DNA of 14,730 nucleotides from an uncultured Muribaculaceae bacterium (lineage in GTDB: Bacteria; Bacillota_I; Bacilli_A; RF39; UBA660): assembly GCA_964587565.1 (NCBI GenBank), contig CAZPLK010000013.1, forward strand, positions 1-14,730, in the 5' to 3' direction. The notes beneath the pieces are model-generated. The model did not search any database and was not told the origin of the DNA. It saw only the letters and a program-made list of their open reading frames with translations. Below are positions 9,582 through 14,499 of the stretch, piece by piece; the stretch's first letter is position 1, and the number at the start of each line of letters is the position of its first letter. Both the position numbers and the translations under genes were made by a program.

Positions 9582-10333
9582 AATATTACCTCTCTAACTA
9601 CTAATAGTACTAAAATAATTGAATGAATAAGTACCATATATGTATCAAAAAAGCGCCAGTTATTCATTCTAAAATTAGTTCTTTTTTTATTTATATTATA
9701 TAATCTTAATTCCATTGATACTGCTAACTCGTCTGCCCTTTTAAAAGAATACACTAACATTGGTAAAACTAATGATCTTATTCCAATTAACTTATCTTTA
9801 ACTTTTGAATTAGTATAATCTATTCCACGGCAAGTTTGTGCTTTTATTATTTTATTTGCCTGATCTATAATTGTTGGAATAAATCTTATCGCTAAACTTA
9901 AGGTTAGTGCCATTTTATTAACTGGTATTCCAATTAAGCGTAATGGTGTAAAAAACTGTTCCAAACCATAAGTTAATTCAGTAGGTGGGGTTGTTAAAGT
10001 TAGTACAGACGAATAAATAACTACCAAAACTAACCTAGATACCATAATAATACTTACGGTTACACTTACTTTTAGTATAGCATTAATCATTATTATAAAG
10101 ATTATTATTATTTTCAAACTTTTAATTGCTTTAATATATATTTTCAAAGGAATATTAGTCATTAACGTAATTAAAATTACAAATATAGTTATTAAACATA
10201 CAAAAAATAAACTATTATTTAAAAACATTAATAATGTAAATATGAATGTGCATATTATTTTGGATAATGGATTCATACAATGTATTTTAGAAGTTATTGG
10301 ATAATATCGCCCTATCATCACGTTATTTAGCAT
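9578..10333 (-). CDS. ecfT: ECF transporter transmembrane (T) component, CbiQ family
   Basis: 251-aa polytopic membrane protein directly downstream of two ECF-type ATPases, with a conserved Arg-containing helical region near the C-terminus (RADELAVSMELR). Confidence 0.85.
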   Translation of the reverse strand: MLNNVMIGRYYPITSKIHCMNPLSKIICTFIFTLLMFLNNSLFFVCLITIFVILITLMTNIPLKIYIKAIKSLKIIIIFIIMINAILKVSVTVSIIMVSRLVLVVIYSSVLTLTTPPTELTYGLEQFFTPLRLIGIPVNKMALTLSLAIRFIPTIIDQANKIIKAQTCRGIDYTNSKVKDKLIGIRSLVLPMLVYSFKRADELAVSMELRLYNINKKRTNFRMNNWRFFDTYMVLIHSIILVLLVVREVIL

Positions 10334-11174
10334 ATCTATATATGTCCTTAATTAAATCATTTATTTCATCACGATATCCCATTTTAATATTTTTTTCTTT
10401 CAACACTTTATTTGAAAATTCCATTATTTTAGGAACCCCTATGCCATGTTTTTGTAACAGTTCATAATTACTAAACACATCATATTTATTACCTTCTAAA
10501 ATTATTGTTTTATTACTTAATACAAATATTTGATCTGATATCTTATGTAAAAAATCAACATCTTGTGATACTATTATTATTGTTTTATTATAATTATTGC
10601 GAAGCATCTTTATCAATCTAATTAAATTGTTTTTACTATTACTATCCAATCCAACTGTAGGCTCATCAAAAATTATAACTTTAGGATTAAACACTAAAAT
10701 TGATGCAATGGCAACTTTTCTTTTTTCACCATTACTTAATGTCAATGGGTTTCTTTTTAAATAACTTTCATCTAAGCCTACCATTTTTAAAGAGTTCTGA
10801 ACCCTTTCATCAATATTTTCCACTTTATAATTAAAAGTTTTTAGTGCAAATTCTATTTCTTTTTTTACTGTTGAATTAAAAAATTGATCTTCAGGAAACT
10901 CAAATATAAAACCAATATTAAATCTTAATAAATAAATATTTTTAATTTTCTGCTTTTTATCAATATAACAGTTATCTACTTTAATTCTTCCCTCTGTTGG
11001 TATTATTAATGACATTATCATCTCTATTAAACTAGTTTTTCCACTTCCACTTTTACCAATAATAGCGTTTACTTTATTTTTATGTATTTTAAAATTAATA
11101 TTGTTTAAAATTTCTTTTTCTAATGGGGTATCTTTATTGTATGTTAATCCAACATTTTCGATCACTATCTCCAT
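10323..11174 (-). CDS. ecfA2: ECF transporter ATPase component A2
   Basis: 283 aa with Walker A GKSGSGKTS, signature LSNGEKRKV and Walker B IIFDEPT. It is the second ATPase in the ecfA1-ecfA2-ecfT order. Confidence 0.88.
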   Translation of the reverse strand: MEIVIENVGLTYNKDTPLEKEILNNINFKIHKNKVNAIIGKSGSGKTSLIEMIMSLIIPTEGRIKVDNCYIDKKQKIKNIYLLRFNIGFIFEFPEDQFFNSTVKKEIEFALKTFNYKVENIDERVQNSLKMVGLDESYLKRNPLTLSNGEKRKVAIASILVFNPKVIIFDEPTVGLDSNSKNNLIRLIKMLRNNYNKTIIIVSQDVDFLHKISDQIFVLSNKTIILEGNKYDVFSNYELLQKHGIGVPKIMEFSNKVLKEKNIKMGYRDEINDLIKDIYRYAK

Positions 11175-11971
11175 AATTTTTCCACCATCTCATCCATATC
11201 AAAAACAAATTCTTCTACTAACCCATAATACATTAATTTAAGTGATAGCTCAGCCATAAAAGGAATATCTATTCCTATGGAATTAAAAATTTTATCTTCT
11301 TTAAAAACTAATTCTTTACTGCCATTTAAAACAATTTTACCAGAATCAATAAGAATTACATCATCTCCGTAAATAGATTCTTCAATATCGTGAGTTATAT
11401 TAATTATTGTTATTCCTTTTTCTTCTTTAAGTTTTAATAATATATTTAAAATGTTTTCCCTGTCTAAATAATCAATTCTATTAATGGCTTCATCCAGTAT
11501 AAGTATTTTAGGTTCTAATACTAATACACTAGCTAAGGCAACTAATTGTCTCTGACCACCACTTAGAGAAAAAGGATTTTTTTCTAATAAGTTTGTTATA
11601 TTTAAATAATTACTAACTTCTAACACTTTTTTTCTTATATATTCCTTATCCTTTTCTAAATTTTCAAGTGCAAAGGCCATCTCATCCATTACCGTTTCAG
11701 CAACAAATGTGCTATCGGGATGTTCAAAAATAACACCAACAAATTGCCTGATTTTTTTAACGTTGTCTTTTGTAAGAATAACATCATTTATAAAAATTTT
11801 ACCATCTGCCTCTAAAAGGCCAACAATTATCTTAATAAGTGTACTCTTACCACTACCATTTGGACCGATTATAGTTGTCCAAGCACCTTTTTTTATGTTT
11901 AAATTAAATTTATCAAAAATTTTATTATCATTGTATTTAAATGATAAGTCTTGAATCTTTAATATATCCAT
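11165..11971 (-). CDS. ecfA1: ECF transporter ATPase component A1
   Basis: Walker A GPNGSGKST, signature LSGGQRQLV and Walker B LILDEA. The ORF track starts at 11983 (MEVAM...). The ATG at 11971 (MDILKIQ...) has a GGAGG RBS 5 nt upstream and the 11983 ATG has none, so I prefer 11971. Confidence 0.85.
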   Translation of the reverse strand: MDILKIQDLSFKYNDNKIFDKFNLNIKKGAWTTIIGPNGSGKSTLIKIIVGLLEADGKIFINDVILTKDNVKKIRQFVGVIFEHPDSTFVAETVMDEMAFALENLEKDKEYIRKKVLEVSNYLNITNLLEKNPFSLSGGQRQLVALASVLVLEPKILILDEAINRIDYLDRENILNILLKLKEEKGITIINITHDIEESIYGDDVILIDSGKIVLNGSKELVFKEDKIFNSIGIDIPFMAELSLKLMYYGLVEEFVFDMDEMVEKLWR

Positions 11972-11991
11972 GGCAACCTCCATTGGACATT

Positions 11992-12020
11992 ATTATAATA
12001 TAAAAAAAATAATTTGACAA
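11992..12020 (-). promoter_or_regulatory. Sigma-A-like promoter for the ecf-truA cluster (TTGTCA-17 nt-TATAAT)
   Basis: On the minus strand, TTGTCA is the reverse complement of 12015-12020 and TATAAT of 11992-11997, with a 17-nt spacer. It lies in the 67-nt gap between the RT stop and the ecfA1 start. Confidence 0.4.
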
Positions 12021-12038
12021 CTTTTGAAATTTACAATA

Positions 12039-13226
12039 TTATTTTAAAACGACTTTAAAGTACCATTTAGATACTTTAAAATAATTCCAAAAATTTACAT
12101 GTAATATATTAATTAATTTACTACGCAAATAGTAAGTATTAAAATGTAATAAAAGTCCTAAATAAGAATTCAATATTGCTTGAATCTTTTTAACGTCTTT
12201 TTCGCATAAATTTTGTTCTAACAATGTGTTAACATAGGCAATCGCACAGTAAAAATTATTTTTAACTCTCGGTGTAATATACCTCCTCCATGGTTTTATG
12301 TAAGCCCCTAAAAATTCAACGCCATGAGTAATATTTTGTAAATATATTTTATTAGGATGAAGTTCAAGTTGTAAATTATTTTTAAGAAATTCTTGTATTT
12401 TGGGTATGCAATCTTTTAATTCTTCTCTTGAGGTAGATAATAAAAAAAAGTCATCAACATATCTACCATAAAATTTTATTTTTAATTTACTTTTAACAAA
12501 ATGGTCCAAAGAATTTAAATAGAAATTAGAAAAAATTTGACTAGTATAGTTGCCAATAGGAAGTCCACAATTTTCATTAGTATGAAAAAGACTTTTAGAT
12601 TTGGGAAGACCATCCCATTTACTATAAGAACATTTAATTGTGCAATTGTTAGTGGCATCATTTAAAATTATTAATTGGCATAACCAAATTAATTTCTCTT
12701 TATCATTATAAATATATTTTAGTTTTAAAAAGTTTTCTAGTTTTTCTAATAATATAAGTTTATTTATACTCATAAAATAACTTTTAATATCTAATTTCAA
12801 AACATAAGCATCGCGATTATAATTATGAGTAATTTTTCTAATAAATTTGTTTAACCGATTAATTCCAAATAAGGTTCCCTTACCCTTTCTACAACTATAA
12901 GAATCATAAATAAATTCACGTTCAAACATCTTTTCTAATTTCATTACAATTAAATGATGAATAACCCTATCCCTAAAAGACGAGGCACAAATTTCCCGTT
13001 TAACAGGCTTTTCAACTATAAAAAAAGAAGTAGGACTTATTTTATAATCCCCACTTTTTACTTCTTCCCATAACTCTATTAAATTTTCCTCATAGTCAAT
13101 ATCAAATTCTAGACAGTCAAGTTTACTCTTTTTATTTTTACGACATTGATAATATGCCTTAAAAAAGTCTTCTAAGCAAATATCATTAAGTTCTTCAGTT
13201 AATACAAAATCATTTAATCTGCTCAT
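12039..13226 (-). CDS. DGR-type reverse transcriptase
   Basis: 395 aa from the ATG at 13226, which is preceded by an AAGGAG RBS. RT motifs are present: KREICASSFRDRVIHH, YVLKLDIKSYFMSI, the DGR-diagnostic motif 4 LPIGNYTSQ (IGxxxSQ), YGRYVDDFF (YxDD) and HGVEFLGAYI. There is no endonuclease or maturase extension. It lies immediately 3' of the TR. Confidence 0.93.
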   Translation of the reverse strand: MSRLNDFVLTEELNDICLEDFFKAYYQCRKNKKSKLDCLEFDIDYEENLIELWEEVKSGDYKISPTSFFIVEKPVKREICASSFRDRVIHHLIVMKLEKMFEREFIYDSYSCRKGKGTLFGINRLNKFIRKITHNYNRDAYVLKLDIKSYFMSINKLILLEKLENFLKLKYIYNDKEKLIWLCQLIILNDATNNCTIKCSYSKWDGLPKSKSLFHTNENCGLPIGNYTSQIFSNFYLNSLDHFVKSKLKIKFYGRYVDDFFLLSTSREELKDCIPKIQEFLKNNLQLELHPNKIYLQNITHGVEFLGAYIKPWRRYITPRVKNNFYCAIAYVNTLLEQNLCEKDVKKIQAILNSYLGLLLHFNTYYLRSKLINILHVNFWNYFKVSKWYFKVVLK

Positions 13227-13252
13227 ATAATAATCTCCTTTAATTGTAATAA

Positions 13253-13435
13253 GTCCCAAAACGCAACGAACCGAGCGACCGTTACTCTGACTGTTGTCGT
13301 TGCGATTAACACCATCATTAGAAGAGTTCATGTTACGTCTCCAAGCATTCGAACCTGAGAGAGAAGACGTCCACCAATTACCGTTAGACCCAACATTGTT
13401 GATCGTACCAGAGGTGTTACGGTTACCAGCAGGCA
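13253..13435 (-). repeat. DGR template repeat (TR)
   Basis: 183 bp, collinear with 14505-14687 at a constant offset of 1252 with no indels. 165 of 183 positions are identical. All 18 mismatches are T on the plus strand here, which is A on the coding (minus) strand. Its conceptual translation is Asn-rich, with 14 AAY codons. Confidence 0.95.
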
Positions 13436-13594
13436 ATCAAATAGTAAAATGACTCCTAAAAGCGTTTAAAGTGACTACTGTACTCGTCCGCATATTCTCG
13501 TGAATACCGACATATAAATCCCAAAAAATCGGGGAGTCACCGGACTTAATAGGCACACTCCTAAACAGCAGTACCATTTAGAACTCCGGCCAAG
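13436..13594 (-). ncRNA. GC-enriched noncoding segment between the avd stop and the TR; candidate structured 5' portion of the DGR template RNA
   Basis: 159 nt with no ORF. My hand count gives about 42% GC (65 of 154 nt counted), against about 25% in the neighbouring avd and RT genes. It is contiguous with the TR on the same strand. The function is inferred only. Confidence 0.35.
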
Positions 13595-13954
13595 TCAATT
13601 TTTTAAAAATTTTTCCCACCCTATAAGTTGCCTTCTAACATTTTCCATTTTTACACTTACTTCAACATGTTCATCTATACTTATTTGATGAAGATCATGT
13701 AACAATCGAAACAACAATCTAATCACTTCTATATTTTCAATAGCAGCCTCAACTTTATTTAATTTTAAATTTTTCTCCCTTATCTTATTTGCTCGATATA
13801 CATTCATTAGCAAATCAGTCATTTCATTTTTAATTTTTTCACCTAAAGTATACTTATATTCACGGGATAAATTCTTTATTAATTTAAAACTATCAAGTAA
13901 CAATTCATAGCTTACCTTATAAACAGGAAGTTCAATAGCCTTTGATTTACTCAT
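13595..13954 (-). CDS. avd: Avd-type DGR accessory protein (four-helix-bundle, 23S rRNA-IVS protein family)
   Basis: 119 aa, all-helical and basic. The pattern LPVYK.SYEL...L.K.LSREYKYTLGEKI......L...YRAN...........IE.IE.IRLLFRLLHDL..IS......V......V.RQL.GW.K is typical of Avd/TIGR02436-like proteins. It sits immediately upstream of the TR. The start overlaps the upstream ORF's stop (ATGAGTAA). Confidence 0.82.
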   Translation of the reverse strand: MSKSKAIELPVYKVSYELLLDSFKLIKNLSREYKYTLGEKIKNEMTDLLMNVYRANKIREKNLKLNKVEAAIENIEVIRLLFRLLHDLHQISIDEHVEVSVKMENVRRQLIGWEKFLKN

Positions 13955-14300
13955 TATCCATCAATATTTTTCTATAATAATTTAGTTTATCCAAAGCTTC
14001 TTCAGCAGTTATGTCTTTACTTGCCTTTATATCTTCTATTACATAATCAACAGTACTTAAAACAATTTCATAATCATATTCCAATAACTCAATAAATTTT
14101 ATATAAGTATCTATTTTTTCTGATGGAAAACCACATTTGTTTGTTAATTTAGAAAATTTTGTCAACTTTAAACCTAATTCTTCAGACATAAGTTTAGCAT
14201 CTTCCCCTAAAAATATATAAAACTTACCCACTTTAAACAAATATAGTTTGTTCTTATCGTCTTTTTTCTTACTCAAATATTTTTTATATAACTTACTCAT
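13947..14300 (-). CDS. Small MutS-domain-I-like protein (mismatch-binding-domain homolog only); candidate DGR accessory factor
   Basis: 117 aa. LYKKYLSKKKDDKNKLYLFKVGKFYIFLGEDAKLMSEELGLKLTKFSKLTNKCGFPSEKIDTYIKFI aligns by eye with E. coli MutS residues about 13-80 ([46 protein letters not shown]....MAGIPYHAVENYLAKL). There are no connector, clamp or ATPase domains. AGGAG RBS. 8-nt overlap with avd. Confidence 0.7.
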   Translation of the reverse strand: MSKLYKKYLSKKKDDKNKLYLFKVGKFYIFLGEDAKLMSEELGLKLTKFSKLTNKCGFPSEKIDTYIKFIELLEYDYEIVLSTVDYVIEDIKASKDITAEEALDKLNYYRKILMDNE

Positions 14301-14334
14301 CTTTTCTCCTTATAACTTCTACAAATTTTAGTTT

Positions 14335-14380
14335 TTTTAAAAAATTCTGTTGTCACTAGCCTCAAAAGGCTAGTGACAAC
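14335..14380 (-). terminator. Strong rho-independent terminator downstream of the DGR target gene
   Basis: Perfect 13-bp stem (14349-14361 pairs with 14368-14380) with a 6-nt loop. On the minus strand it is followed by AGAAUUUUUUAAAAAAAC. Confidence 0.65.
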
Positions 14381-14438
14381 CTTTAAATTTGTTTATTAAC
14401 ACTTTTCATTGCATGGATTAAAAAAATTATTTACTAAG

Positions 14439-14458
14439 CCATGGCGTAAACGCCATGG
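14439..14458 (-). promoter_or_regulatory. GC-rich hairpin (8-bp stem, 4-nt loop) downstream of the VR
   Basis: CCATGGCG-TAAA-CGCCATGG is a perfect inverted repeat (14439-14446 pairs with 14451-14458) in an otherwise AT-rich spacer. Its role in DGR target recognition or transcript stability is inferred. Confidence 0.4.
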
Positions 14459-14474
14459 AAAGTGGAAGGGTGAA

Positions 14475-14497
14475 GCCTAAGTCCTTACGGACTTGGC
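14475..14497 (-). promoter_or_regulatory. Hairpin immediately 3' of the VR and target stop codon; candidate DGR target-recognition (cruciform) element
   Basis: In minus-strand sense the sequence is GCC-AAGUCC-GUAA-GGACUU-A-GGC: 6+3 bp with one bulge and a GNRA-type GUAA loop. It starts 2 nt after the TAA stop and 7 nt after the last VR base. No equivalent hairpin follows the TR. Confidence 0.5.
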
Positions 14498-14499
14498 GG

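Noticed and set aside
79-11954. Plus-strand ORFs 79-306, 754-1032, 3170-3418, 4968-5606, 6756-6989 and 11709-11954
   Set aside because: All lie antisense inside strongly supported minus-strand genes (hisS, htrA, copA, ecfA1). They translate to low-complexity Phe/Ile/Leu/Ser-rich strings typical of antisense frames in AT-rich DNA, and none has an RBS.
12039-13226. RT as a retron, group II intron or Abi-type RT
   Set aside because: It has the IGxxxSQ motif characteristic of DGR RTs and sits next to a TR and Avd. There is no maturase, endonuclease or ribozyme-like flanking structure, no msr/msd-like inverted repeats, and no fused effector domain.
13352-13362. GGTTCGAAT in the TR (minus strand), resembling a tRNA T-loop
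   Set aside because: There is no acceptor, D or anticodon stem around it. The same position in the VR reads GGTTCGGAT after A-mutagenesis. It is simply the codons Gly-Ser-Asn.
12039-13436. 465-aa ORF in the track, read as one protein (an Asn-rich N-terminus fused to a reverse transcriptase)
   Set aside because: Its first 61 codons are the TR, a copy of the target's C-terminus. The ORF begins at a TTG with no RBS, whereas the internal ATG at 13226 has an AAGGAG RBS and starts a normal-length DGR RT. The fusion is an accident of open frame.
13450-13539. 7-bp inverted repeat (tgactcc / ggagtca) in the avd-TR spacer as proof of a specific RNA structure
   Set aside because: A 7-bp complement within about 160 nt is roughly expected by chance. 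I kept it only as a hint inside the broader GC-rich-segment finding.
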